From positions 1 through 44,538 of the forward strand of contig CAZYIH010000001.1 of NCBI GenBank assembly GCA_964646915.1: 44,538 nucleotides of DNA. Direction: 5' to 3'. Origin of the DNA: an uncultured Planctomycetaceae bacterium (GTDB taxonomy: Bacteria > Planctomycetota > Phycisphaerae > SM23-33). Shown here piece by piece: positions 1 through 8,855 of the stretch (position 1 is the stretch's first letter; every line of letters starts with the position of its first letter). Under the pieces are notes generated by a model. The model had not been told where the DNA came from. It did not search any database and worked only from the letters and a program-made list of their open reading frames with translations. A program made the translations under genes and the position numbers.

Positions 1-82
1 CAACAAGTTGCGAGCCCTACAGCTCCGGACCGATGCGCGATCAGCGGTGGGATCCCCCGCCCCAGCGGGGCGGAAGGAGTCG

Positions 83-433
83 TCAGAAGTCGTCGCCTGT
101 GAGTTTGGATTTCTGTGCGTCGGGCGACTGGTAGGCACGGATGGAGTTGCGACCTTTGCCCATCTTCGAGAGGCCGTTGGTGTACCCCGCGCGGGCGGCT
201 GCCAGTTGCAGGCGCAGCCGATCGTAGGATTCGATCACCTGCTGGATCGCGCTTCGCAGCTCGGGCGTCATCGTCGCCCCGGTCTGGACCATCTCCTGGA
301 TGAGCGTCTGCATCTGTTCGCAGCGCTGGTCGATGGCGGGGAAATCCTCGTCGCGGGCGAGGGTGAGGCTCTCGTCCATGAGCGTGCGGATCTGCTGGAG
401 GATGTCGTTTGCCTGGGTGTCTGTGGAGGTCAT
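83..433 (-). CDS. small helical protein, FliT/FlgN-like flagellar export-chaperone candidate (116 aa)
   Basis: In-frame ATG at 433 inside ORF 83..844; the upstream part of that ORF is an Arg/Pro-rich GC artefact. ATGA overlap (430-433) with the stop of the upstream TPR gene. Predicted helical; the C-terminal ...GRNSIRAYQSP... resembles the basic-x-x-AY tail of FliT-type chaperones. Similarity is weak. Confidence 0.4.
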   Translation of the reverse strand: MTSTDTQANDILQQIRTLMDESLTLARDEDFPAIDQRCEQMQTLIQEMVQTGATMTPELRSAIQQVIESYDRLRLQLAAARAGYTNGLSKMGKGRNSIRAYQSPDAQKSKLTGDDF

Positions 434-1107
434 GTGCTGGTGACTTTCTGGGGGGATGATTCGGCGGCCTGTCGTTTTTGGATGTGCTGCTGGACTTTTT
501 CGAGCATGTGGATGGCTTCTTCCTTGCCGGGCTCGATGGTCAGAAGTGTCATGAGCTGATCGCGGGCGTCGTCGAGTCGGCCTTCCTTGGCGTAGAGGGT
601 CGCCAGGCAGAAGGTCACCGAGGTATCCTCGGGGTGGCTCGCGAGGTAGGTTTCGAGGTAGTGGGTGATCTTGCCGAACGTGCCCATCTTGCAGGAGGTC
701 TGGAACAGCCCCAGCAGCGAGAGCAGGTCGTCGGTGTCCTGTTCGAGGGCCTTGAGGTACATCTCGAAGGCCCGAGGGAACTGCCCGGTCCGCTGGAAGA
801 CCATGCCCATCCCTCGGCAGGCGGCGGGGTGGGTGTTTTCGCATTTCAGGGCGTTCTGGAAGGCGTTGGTCGCCTCCTGGAGTCGGCCGCTGCGGAGCTG
901 GGCCATTCCCAGCGACGCGTGAGCTGAGGGAAAGCGCGGCTCGTGCCGGATGGCCTTGCGGAAGATCTCGATCGCCTTGTCGTACTGTTCGGCGTCGCTG
1001 TAGGCTTCCCCGAGTTCCTCCAGGAGTGAGTACTTCACGAAGACCCGCTCCTGAAAGCCTTCCAGTTCGAGTTTGTTCTTCCCGTTGTCGGTGATTTGCA
1101 GTTCCAC
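430..1107 (-). CDS. TPR-repeat protein (225 aa)
   Basis: GTG start at 1107 preceded by GAGAGGG SD. Repeated A-x-x-x-Y/F-x-x-A-L helical-pair signatures (AIEIFRKAIRHEP, ATNAFQNALKCEN, AFEMYLKALEQD). Tightly packed with flanking genes. Confidence 0.75.
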   Translation of the reverse strand: MELQITDNGKNKLELEGFQERVFVKYSLLEELGEAYSDAEQYDKAIEIFRKAIRHEPRFPSAHASLGMAQLRSGRLQEATNAFQNALKCENTHPAACRGMGMVFQRTGQFPRAFEMYLKALEQDTDDLLSLLGLFQTSCKMGTFGKITHYLETYLASHPEDTSVTFCLATLYAKEGRLDDARDQLMTLLTIEPGKEEAIHMLEKVQQHIQKRQAAESSPQKVTST

Positions 1108-1117
1108 GATATCCCTC

Positions 1118-2689
1118 TCAGGCGGTTACGGTGTATTCCATCATTTCATGGGCCTGTTCGAGCACTTCGATGGCTTGGTTGGGCTGATCATTGCGTCGCA
1201 GGAGCTTGCCGTACACCATCAGCAGATCGATCCAGGGCCGATGGCGGACAGTGTCGCGACACAGCGAGATCGCTTCGGCGTCGCGCGTGCCTTCATGGTA
1301 CAGGGCGTAAATCTGGCAGACCCGCAGCCACAGCGCCGGTTCGCCTTGGCGTTTTCGCGCCTCGGCAAACAGGTCGGCTGCATCGGCGAATCGCTCCTCG
1401 TGGAGGGCGGTCTTGGCCTTGGAGAGCACGCTGTTGACCGGGAAGACCGGATCGTCCTCGCCCGGCTGGCCGAGCTGAAGGCCGGCCTGCTCGATCGATT
1501 TGCGGATCGGAAGGTCCGGGTACCGGGCACGGATCGAGCGGAGCGTCTCGGTGGGCAGCACGAAGCCCTGTGTTTCGGGCGAGTCCGACCGCAAGAGCAT
1601 GCCATCCCACTCGGGATGGTTCTCCAGCGGGTACAGTGCTTCCTCGGCCCACAGCGCTTTGATGGTCGCCCGGTCAGGCAGCCAACAGACGTAATCGCCG
1701 TCGGCCTGTTCCAGTGCGGCGTCCAGCCGTTGGGTGGGCGTCAGGTCGTCGGGCACGCCGACTCCGTGGATGGCCGGGGCCTGGACGTTCAGGCAGCGAA
1801 GCTCCGCCGGCGTCATGGGAATGTAAATCTGGAACGGGGTGAAGGTCAGTTGAAGGATCTGTCCCAACTGCGTGATCGACTGCTCGTTGACCTGTGAGGG
1901 AGTCCAGATAATCGAGAGGTCCTTGCAGGTCTTCCAAGGCTTGGGAGGACGACTGTTGCGGATGGCCAGGGTGTTCTGGAAGTACTTGATCTTGTCTTGG
2001 CGCTGTTTGTCCGAGATCCGATCGCTTTCCGATTGGTAGTTCGCGAAGAACTCGCCGGTGACCGCGGGGATCGAGAGGAACGGCGTGAAGAAAGAAATCC
2101 GGCGCATCATGTCCCAGTCGATCAGCACCCGCACGCTCTCGTTGTAGGGGCCGGTCTTCTCCAGCAGGTCGGTCCGATGGACCGCTGCCCCGCCCAGCAC
2201 GAGATTGAAATGCAGCTGCTGCAGCAGGTCGAAATCGCGGTCCACCATCAAGGTCTTGGAGAGCACCTTGCGTCGGCCTCCGGGCATGGGGTAGACAAGC
2301 GTCCGGTACAGCCTCGAGTAGGATGCCTGGTATTCGTCGCTCGCCTCGAGGGCAGCGACGTTGGTCTCGATGTGATGGGGGTAGTGAATATCATCATCGC
2401 CCAGGTAGGCGATGTACTTGCCCTTCACGTAGGGAACCGCTTCGTTGTAGGAATACGCCAGCCCGCGGTTCTGGGCGCGGTCCAGCAGGAGCAGCCTCTC
2501 GTCGCCGAAGGATTCGATGATGTCGCGAACCTCGTCTCCGCCGTCGCGGACCACGATGATCTGCAGGTTCCGGTAGGTCTGGTCCAGCGCGCTGCGCAGG
2601 GCGATGGGCAGATAATGCCTGCGGTTGTACGTCGAGATGATGTAGGTCACCAGCGGCTTGGAGTCCCGCCACGTGTTGGCCTTGGGCAT
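1118..2689 (-). CDS. family-2 (GT-A) glycosyltransferase with C-terminal TPR-like domain
   Basis: N-terminus VTYIISTYNRRHYLPIALRSALDQTYRNLQIIVVRDGG...YLGDDD is a classic GT2 signature with a DxD motif. ATG at 2689 has AGGAG 11 nt upstream. An alternative start at 2740 makes a TAATG overlap with the upstream stop. The C-terminal ~130 aa are TPR-like. Confidence 0.8.
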   Translation of the reverse strand: MPKANTWRDSKPLVTYIISTYNRRHYLPIALRSALDQTYRNLQIIVVRDGGDEVRDIIESFGDERLLLLDRAQNRGLAYSYNEAVPYVKGKYIAYLGDDDIHYPHHIETNVAALEASDEYQASYSRLYRTLVYPMPGGRRKVLSKTLMVDRDFDLLQQLHFNLVLGGAAVHRTDLLEKTGPYNESVRVLIDWDMMRRISFFTPFLSIPAVTGEFFANYQSESDRISDKQRQDKIKYFQNTLAIRNSRPPKPWKTCKDLSIIWTPSQVNEQSITQLGQILQLTFTPFQIYIPMTPAELRCLNVQAPAIHGVGVPDDLTPTQRLDAALEQADGDYVCWLPDRATIKALWAEEALYPLENHPEWDGMLLRSDSPETQGFVLPTETLRSIRARYPDLPIRKSIEQAGLQLGQPGEDDPVFPVNSVLSKAKTALHEERFADAADLFAEARKRQGEPALWLRVCQIYALYHEGTRDAEAISLCRDTVRHRPWIDLLMVYGKLLRRNDQPNQAIEVLEQAHEMMEYTVTA

Positions 2690-2739
2690 GATGTGCTCTG
2701 CTCCTTCCGGTCCATTGTCCGGGACGGGCCCGGCTGGCA

Positions 2740-4176
2740 TTACTCCTGCGGATCTTCGGGCTGGAGGGAAAGCCAATCCTGTTCGAGCTCCAGCAGGACG
2801 TCGTTGAGCCTGGCCATCTGCCTGCGATAAGAGAAGTGCTCGGCCACCATCTCGCGGCATTGCTGCGGGTCGTAAGGCTCGTCGAAAATCCGCTGTTGGA
2901 GCTGGTCGGCCGACGTGAAGCCGAACCACTCAGCCAATTGGCCTGGGGCTTCTCCCTCGGGGACGTAGATGAGGGGCTTGAGCCCGACGGCGAGGCATTC
3001 GGCGATCAGCGGGGTCCGCTCGGCGAAGTAGTTCGTCGCCAGGATGTACTGCTTGTCCAGCAGCCATTCGATCGGGTCGGCGGGCATGCCCACCTGCGAG
3101 ACGGTCTCGCCATCGATGTGCTTGGAGTAGTGCTGTTGCTCGCCGACGCTGAGACGGTCTTCGATGTGTTCCGCTGCCAGCAGGAGCTTCAGCTCGGGAT
3201 GCTCCCGGGCCACCTCCTGGACGAGTTCCAGAAGTTCCGGCCTCATGCGGATATTCTGCAGGCCGATGCACGCGAGGTTGGCGCCGGAAGACTTGGGAGT
3301 CTCATCCAGGGCGTCGAGGTCCACCCCGTTGGGCACGATTACCACGCGGGTCTTCTCGCTGATTCCCCCGACGCGCTGAGAGAGCTTGTCCAGAACCGTC
3401 TGGGAGGGAAGGATCAGTACGTCAACGTTCTCCCACTGGATCTCGTCGATCCAGGGGTTGGAGTCTTTGTACATCTTCAGGCGGCAGACCAGCTTGGCGT
3501 AACCAGCGTTTCGGCTGGCCACCGCGAAGACACTGTCGCACGACTCGAACCAGGCGATGTCCGACCAGTCCAACAGCTCCTGGAGACGCTGGGCCTCCTG
3601 CTCGCTGGACCAGCGGACCTCGAACCGATCGGCCAGGAAATCGCGAATCTCCCCGGCGACGTATTCCTCGCTGGGCAGGTAGAAGAACGAGACCTTCGGG
3701 CGATGCGAGCGGATCACCGCCAGGGCACTCTCGGCGACCTGGTCCTCGGTGTCCGGATAGAGATGCTTGAGAATCACCAGCGCCTCGACCGCCTGAGGTG
3801 TGCGACCCTCGTTGAGCAGGGCAGTGGACACGCGAACGGCCAAGTCCGGCGTGAGGCATTCCTGCTCGGCCAGTTCCCCGAGCATCCTGAGCGTCTGGTC
3901 AGGCTGACCGGCCGCCAGGTGGACCTCCGCGAGGTTGAGCAGCGTCTCGGCCGGGGGCGATTCCCCGGAAGAGACCGCGGCGCGAAGATGGTCGATCGCC
4001 TCTTCGAATCGGCCCAGGGCGTAGAGGATCGCCCCGGCGTCGTTGAGCGCCTCGGTATCGTTGGGCTCGTTGACCAGATGCTTGCGCACCTGCTGAAGGG
4101 CCTGCTCGTAGCGCCCGGCTTCGGCGTGGTCTCGCGCCTCGTTGTAGGCGTCCGGTTTGGTTGTCGACATGCTCAC
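2740..4176 (-). CDS. N-terminal TPR domain fused to a GT-B (GT1/GT4-like) glycosyltransferase-like domain (478 aa)
   Basis: The N-terminal ~130 aa are TPR (AEAGRYEQALQQVRKHL, GRFEEAIDHLRAAV). The C-terminal half has a GT-B-like layout (VIVPNGVDLD..., LLLAAEH..., E-x7-E-like FAERTPLIAECLAVGLKPL). GTG at 4176 lies 8 nt after GGAAGGA; an ATG at 4170 is an alternative start. Confidence 0.7.
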   Translation of the reverse strand: MSMSTTKPDAYNEARDHAEAGRYEQALQQVRKHLVNEPNDTEALNDAGAILYALGRFEEAIDHLRAAVSSGESPPAETLLNLAEVHLAAGQPDQTLRMLGELAEQECLTPDLAVRVSTALLNEGRTPQAVEALVILKHLYPDTEDQVAESALAVIRSHRPKVSFFYLPSEEYVAGEIRDFLADRFEVRWSSEQEAQRLQELLDWSDIAWFESCDSVFAVASRNAGYAKLVCRLKMYKDSNPWIDEIQWENVDVLILPSQTVLDKLSQRVGGISEKTRVVIVPNGVDLDALDETPKSSGANLACIGLQNIRMRPELLELVQEVAREHPELKLLLAAEHIEDRLSVGEQQHYSKHIDGETVSQVGMPADPIEWLLDKQYILATNYFAERTPLIAECLAVGLKPLIYVPEGEAPGQLAEWFGFTSADQLQQRIFDEPYDPQQCREMVAEHFSYRRQMARLNDVLLELEQDWLSLQPEDPQE

Positions 4177-4244
4177 GATTCGTTTCCTTCCTGCATGATC
4201 TCGCCGATCTCACGCGGCTGGGGCAGCCGTTGCGGGAAGCAGTG

Positions 4245-4260
4245 TGCAACGGCTGTGCCG
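4245..4260 (-). promoter_or_regulatory. sigma54-type -24/-12 promoter candidate for the TPR-glycosyltransferase module
   Basis: Minus strand reads cGGCACagccgTTGCA against consensus TGGCAC-N5-TTGCA, with correct GG-to-GC spacing. It lies ~69 nt upstream of the 4176 start, in a 300-bp intergenic gap after flgL. Confidence 0.5.
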
Positions 4261-4476
4261 AAACGAGCTTCCCGGGCAGTTTGTTGTCCCGCGATCGGCG
4301 TCGGCGACTCCTGTGTCGCGGAAGAGGCTTGATGGAAGTCGCTTAGGCGATGCTGCCCCGCCTAAGGATTCGGGAAAGTACTGGAACTCCCACGGGCCGG
4401 CCTCGTCGCCCGCTGGTGGCTGCGCTCTTTTTGAGCGCGTGTGTCCCATTGCTATCGGAAACTCCCCCGAAAGGAA

Positions 4477-5901
4477 TTACAGATAGTCCAGCAGCGACAT
4501 ATTCAGCAGCTTCGAGCTCGACGCCAGCGTCATCTGGTAGAACGTCTGTGATTTCGCCAGATCGGTCGCCACCTGCGTGATGTCCGCGTCCTGAACGGCG
4601 GCTTTCTGTTCCTTGGCGGAGAACTCCAGGCCTTCGATCGCCTCATCCAGACCGGTCAGCGCCTGGATTCTGCCACCGACGGCCGTCATCTTCTCGGTGA
4701 CCCCGTCCATGACCTCATCAAGGTCGTACAGGGCCCGGCCGAGGAATTCGCCCTGCTGGTCGTGATCGTAGCCGGCCTTGTTGAACATCAGGTCGCGGAT
4801 CTCGAGCAGCGTTCCGAACAGGTCATACGTTCCGCCGATGCGCACCAATTCCGTACCGGTCTGCTGGATTCCCGTCGTGTCCACGAACAGCGTCCGCCCG
4901 TCGGCGTCGACGACGGGCTGGGCGGTTTGGGTGAAGTCCACCGCGGTGGTCGTCGTCCCGCCGTCGATGGACATCGTCCCGTTGCCGGTGAAGGTGGCCG
5001 AGCTGGTGGTCCCGCTCCAGGCGGTGAGGTCCACGTACGCCACCGCGCCGCGTTCGTTCTCGATGCGGGCGTCGCTCAAATCGGAGATCGTTCCCAGCTC
5101 CACCCAATCACCCCCGTCCAGGCGGACCGAGTTGGTCCCGGCGTTGAGCTCCACGGTGTGATCGCCCAGAATCGTGTCTCCCCCGGCGGAGCTGGCGCCG
5201 GCGGCAACGCCATTGGCGGCGACCACGGTCGTCGAGGTGTGGCTGATCAGCAGGGGGAAGTTACCTCTCGCGCTGGCAGTTCCGTTGCCCACTGCCGCTC
5301 CGGTATTGCCGCTGAAAACGGGCTCCTGGCGGGAGTCTTCGCGGAACATGTTGTCGCCCACCAGCGTGGCCGGCGAGTCGATGTTCGGGCCCACGGGCAC
5401 GCGCATCTCGTGTTGGCTGCCAACGTACCGAACCTTGGTGATGCTGCCGTTGGAGTCTCGCGTCGCCTCGTAGGGGGGGGTGTTGATGCGATCGCCGGCG
5501 AAGATGTACCGCCCCATCGAGTTGGCGTTCACGTTGGACATGAGACCCTTGATCATCTCATCCATCGCGTACCCGCCGGCCATCCGGTTATCCTGGTTGT
5601 AGGTGGCGCTGGCCGCCTGCGAGACCAGTGCCTTGGCCTGGGCAAGCTGATCGGTAATCGCCTGGAGGTTCGTATCGGCGTAGTTGAGGTTGAACTCCAC
5701 CGTGTGGATGTTGTCGCGATACGTGGCGAACCTCGTCTCCTGGTTCTGCAGCGTCAGAACGCGGAACGCGTCGCCCGGGTCGTCCGATGGACGGATCACC
5801 CGGCTGCCGGTGGCGATCATCTCCTGCATTCGCGCCATGTCGTCCATCCGCTTTCGCAGCGAGTAGATCGTGTCGTTATAAATTCGACCCCATCCTGCCA
5901 T
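4477..5901 (-). CDS. flgL: flagellar hook-associated protein 3 (hook-filament junction)
   Basis: Flagellin-like N-terminus (RMQEMIATGSRVIRPSDDPGDAF) and C-terminus (DADITQVATDLAKSQTFYQMTLASSSKLLNMSLLDYL). Located immediately downstream of flgK. Confidence 0.9.
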   Translation of the reverse strand: MAGWGRIYNDTIYSLRKRMDDMARMQEMIATGSRVIRPSDDPGDAFRVLTLQNQETRFATYRDNIHTVEFNLNYADTNLQAITDQLAQAKALVSQAASATYNQDNRMAGGYAMDEMIKGLMSNVNANSMGRYIFAGDRINTPPYEATRDSNGSITKVRYVGSQHEMRVPVGPNIDSPATLVGDNMFREDSRQEPVFSGNTGAAVGNGTASARGNFPLLISHTSTTVVAANGVAAGASSAGGDTILGDHTVELNAGTNSVRLDGGDWVELGTISDLSDARIENERGAVAYVDLTAWSGTTSSATFTGNGTMSIDGGTTTTAVDFTQTAQPVVDADGRTLFVDTTGIQQTGTELVRIGGTYDLFGTLLEIRDLMFNKAGYDHDQQGEFLGRALYDLDEVMDGVTEKMTAVGGRIQALTGLDEAIEGLEFSAKEQKAAVQDADITQVATDLAKSQTFYQMTLASSSKLLNMSLLDYL

Positions 5902-5929
5902 GAGTGTTCTCCCGGGGCGGTGTTCGCCC

Positions 5930-7930
5930 TTACTGGATCAGGTTCATAAGGTGCTGCAACGCGTCGTTCTGGGTGGTGAGAAACTTCGCCACCGCCTGGT
6001 ACATCTTCTCGTACATGATCAGCTGGGCGGCCTCTTCGTTGATGTCCACGCCACTGACCGTGTCCCGCTGGTCCAGCAACTGCTTCTCCACCGCGTAGAG
6101 CCCGTCGCGACGTGCCTCCTTGGTGGAAATCTCCTGGCCGACCGTCGACCAGACCGATCGTACAAACTGATCGGGCGTGAGATTGTTGAGCGTCCCATGT
6201 CGGCCGTCGCCTACCGCCGCCATCCGCGTGACGTTGGTGTTGTCCGACAGCTGTGTCGAAGCCGAAAACGCGAAGTTGTTCGAGTCTTCCATCAGCCGTT
6301 TGACGACCTGCAGGTCCTCGCCGCTGTCGCCCTGGAAGAAGGTGTTGATGTTGGTGGCGTTCATCAGGCCGGTCTCGTCGGACTCGGCCAGCGCCTTGAA
6401 CTCGAACGTCTCGCCCTCGCGCAGCGTGCCCGAGGGGAACGTCAGGCTCAGTCCTTCGCTCACGTTCAGCGGCTCGCCGGGGGAGTACCCTTTGCCCACC
6501 GTCAGGTCGGCAACCAGCTCGCCGGCGCCATCCCGCACTTCCACGCGCAGCCCGCTGGTCACACCGACCGCTTCGTCGGCCCCGGGCGTGGGTCCCACGA
6601 CGGTGGCGGTGTACACCTGGTTTCGCTCGCCCTGGTAGTAGCCGCTCACCTCGGGAGTGGTGCCCACCCATGTGCCCGAGGTGGTCAGGCGCGTCTCGGG
6701 AAGGAAGTCGAAGGTGTATCCGTCGGCCGCCTGGAGCTTCAACGCGGCGTCCGGCAGCGAGGCGGTCATGTTCGGGATGTTCGTATTGATGTGGCTGACG
6801 AGCTCAGCCATCGTGTCGATCACGATCGGCGGGCCGGCTGAGTGGTCGTCCGGATCGATATCGATCTCGTGATACACCACGTCGCCGGTGCTCTGGTCGG
6901 TAACCCGCATGTGAATCGTTCCGGCGGCGATCTCCCGGGTCCATTCGTCGAAAGGCTCGGCCGGTACGGACGTTCCCTCCAGAACCTGGAACGAACCGTT
7001 GTTGCCCAGACCCTGGACGTGGATGGTGTTCATCTTGTCCCGCAGCGTCGTGGCCAGGGCGTTTATTTTGCCCTGCAGGTCCGGGAGCGTCTCGTTGTAG
7101 AGCTCCAGCAGACCGCCAATTTCACCGCCGCGGACATCGGTCATCAGCGAGGTAGCCGACTTGGGCCCGACGCCCAGTGTGCTGTCGTCGACGATCTCGA
7201 CTTTCATCAGCGTCGGGCGTGCGTTGAGCACCAGGGGCATGCCCCAGCCATGAACCGTGATGGTCCCGTTCGAGTCGTCGCGATATCCGATCTGGGCGGG
7301 CATCAGCTGGGCCAGGTCCATCAGGGCCTGGTCTCGCTTGTCCTGCACCACGTTGGTGTTGCCCGCCTGGGACGAGAGGTCGTTGATGAGCTGGTTCTGC
7401 TCGGTGACGTTCTGGAGGTGCTTGTTGGCCAGTTCGATGGCGTTGAACGTCTCCTGCTTGACGTGCTCCTTCATCTCCTTGATGAAAGAAGAGAGGTTCC
7501 GCAGGTGGCTGGCGAGGTTCTCGCCCGACCAGACGGCGTTCTCCAGGTGGGCCTGGCTGTCGGGCTGGGCGGTGAGCTGGTTCAGCGCGGCGAAAAACTC
7601 GTTCAGCGACGACGGAACGCCCGAGCTGTCCAGGTCGCCCAAAGCACTCTCCAGCGACGCGAGGATCTCCAGTTCCTGCTCCACCTGCCCCATCTCGGGC
7701 TGCTGGCGGAGGACCTGGTTCTCCAGCAGGATGTCATACCGCCGCCGGATCTCCTGGATCTCCACGCCGCCTCCGACGCTCATCGAGCTGCCCGAGTAGG
7801 CGATGGACGCCAGCTTGAGATCCTGCTTGTGATAGCCGTCCGTGGAGGCATTGGCGATGTTCATGCCAATCACCTCGATGCCCTTCTGGGCGGCCTGCAG
7901 TCCGGTAACTCCGATACCCCAATTTGCCAT
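5930..7930 (-). CDS. flgK: flagellar hook-associated protein 1
   Basis: N-terminus GLQAAQKGIEVIGMNIANASTDGYHKQ and C-terminus SGVDINEEAAQLIMYEKMYQAVAKFLTTQNDALQHLMNLIQ are canonical FlgK termini. GGAGAGG SD precedes the start. Confidence 0.92.
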   Translation of the reverse strand: MANWGIGVTGLQAAQKGIEVIGMNIANASTDGYHKQDLKLASIAYSGSSMSVGGGVEIQEIRRRYDILLENQVLRQQPEMGQVEQELEILASLESALGDLDSSGVPSSLNEFFAALNQLTAQPDSQAHLENAVWSGENLASHLRNLSSFIKEMKEHVKQETFNAIELANKHLQNVTEQNQLINDLSSQAGNTNVVQDKRDQALMDLAQLMPAQIGYRDDSNGTITVHGWGMPLVLNARPTLMKVEIVDDSTLGVGPKSATSLMTDVRGGEIGGLLELYNETLPDLQGKINALATTLRDKMNTIHVQGLGNNGSFQVLEGTSVPAEPFDEWTREIAAGTIHMRVTDQSTGDVVYHEIDIDPDDHSAGPPIVIDTMAELVSHINTNIPNMTASLPDAALKLQAADGYTFDFLPETRLTTSGTWVGTTPEVSGYYQGERNQVYTATVVGPTPGADEAVGVTSGLRVEVRDGAGELVADLTVGKGYSPGEPLNVSEGLSLTFPSGTLREGETFEFKALAESDETGLMNATNINTFFQGDSGEDLQVVKRLMEDSNNFAFSASTQLSDNTNVTRMAAVGDGRHGTLNNLTPDQFVRSVWSTVGQEISTKEARRDGLYAVEKQLLDQRDTVSGVDINEEAAQLIMYEKMYQAVAKFLTTQNDALQHLMNLIQ

Positions 7931-7933
7931 GAC

Positions 7934-8452
7934 TCACCTCTCCGCGTTGACCAGGCTTTGGCTGGTCTGCCAGGTCTGTGATCCCGCCGAGCCGTAGGTC
8001 GTCACGCGGGTCTGTTGAGGGAAAATCGCCTCGAGCATGAGGCGGTTGAGCTTGCCGATTTCCGAGATCATCATCGAGACCCGCATGTTTTCTTTCTGGA
8101 TCGCCCGGGTCTGATGGATGATCTGCTGGCGGCGGTAGTCGATCTCGACGGCCCGCCGGGAATCCACCAGGTCCACGATCTGCGACAGACGCAGGTGTTC
8201 GGCGTCCACGCCGAGGTGGTTGGCGATCGTCGCGCGGGAGGCGGCCAGGCGGATGTCGACTCGCTGCTGATCGCGCACGGTCTGCTCGATGTCCTCCAGC
8301 AGGCCAGACGCCTCGTCCATTCGGCGATCGAGGACGATCGAACCGAGACGCGAGAGCTGATCGCGCCGGACGTCGAGGAGGCCGAGTTCGGCATCCAGGA
8401 CGCTCAGCAGCTCGTCCAGGATCATATCGAGTGCAATGTCGCGTCTGTTCAT
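7934..8452 (-). CDS. flgN: FlgN-like export chaperone for FlgK/FlgL (172 aa)
   Basis: All-helical 172-aa protein directly upstream of flgK-flgL, the canonical flgN position. ATGA overlap with the upstream gene. Sequence similarity is judged only by composition and position. Confidence 0.6.
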   Translation of the reverse strand: MNRRDIALDMILDELLSVLDAELGLLDVRRDQLSRLGSIVLDRRMDEASGLLEDIEQTVRDQQRVDIRLAASRATIANHLGVDAEHLRLSQIVDLVDSRRAVEIDYRRQQIIHQTRAIQKENMRVSMMISEIGKLNRLMLEAIFPQQTRVTTYGSAGSQTWQTSQSLVNAER

Positions 8453-8844
8453 GGTGTTACCTCGGGGTTGACAACCGTATTATCGAGCAAACCTTCGGAT
8501 TCTTGAATCTGTCGGAGCACTTGCTTCCACACGCCCATCCCGCCGGATGAGCCGATTTCCTGCCCCATGAAGTGCCAGAACATATCTTTCATCTGACCAC
8601 TGGCGGCATCTTCGGTAAGCCCCGCGTCTGGAATGCTTTGTCGCATCGTCGAGATCATACGGGTCACCAGGAGGCTTTCGAACTCCTTGGCGGTATGCTC
8701 GGCTGTTGCAAGCTTCTGCTCGCGCGTTTCGTCGAGTGTTCCCCCATCGCGGCTGCGCTGGAGACGCTTCAGCTGCGCGTCGCGCAGGGCGTCGGTGGCG
8801 CCGGGTCCGCCGGCAGAGGGAATCGGGAAGGACAGTCCGCTCAT
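8449..8844 (-). CDS. rod-binding protein (FlgJ N-terminal domain only, 131 aa)
   Basis: Internal ATG at 8844 (AAGGA SD) inside ORF 8449..9144. Motif TAKEFESLLVTRMISTMRQS matches the Rod_binding/FlgJ N-domain signature (AxxFEslflxxmlksMR). No glucosaminidase/muramidase domain follows. Confidence 0.75.
   Translation of the reverse strand: MSGLSFPIPSAGGPGATDALRDAQLKRLQRSRDGGTLDETREQKLATAEHTAKEFESLLVTRMISTMRQSIPDAGLTEDAASGQMKDMFWHFMGQEIGSSGGMGVWKQVLRQIQESEGLLDNTVVNPEVTP
8480..8506 (-). promoter_or_regulatory. sigma28 (FliA)-like promoter candidate upstream of flgN-flgK-flgL
   Basis: Minus strand reads TCAA-N15-CTCGATAA against consensus TAAA-N15-GCCGATAA. It ends ~28 nt upstream of the flgN ATG, with GAGG SD in between, and is embedded in the 3' end of the rod-binding protein gene. 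Confidence 0.3.
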
Positions 8845-8855
8845 GGGTGGGTTCC

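Noticed and set aside
4342-4366. CTTAGGCG-N9-CGCCTAAG hairpin in the flgL-to-GT intergenic region, plus a GCGCTC-ttttt-GAGCGC hairpin near 4424-4440
   Set aside because: Neither is followed by a T/U run on the transcribed (minus) strand. They could serve as U-tract-independent terminators of the flgL operon, but the evidence is too weak to annotate.
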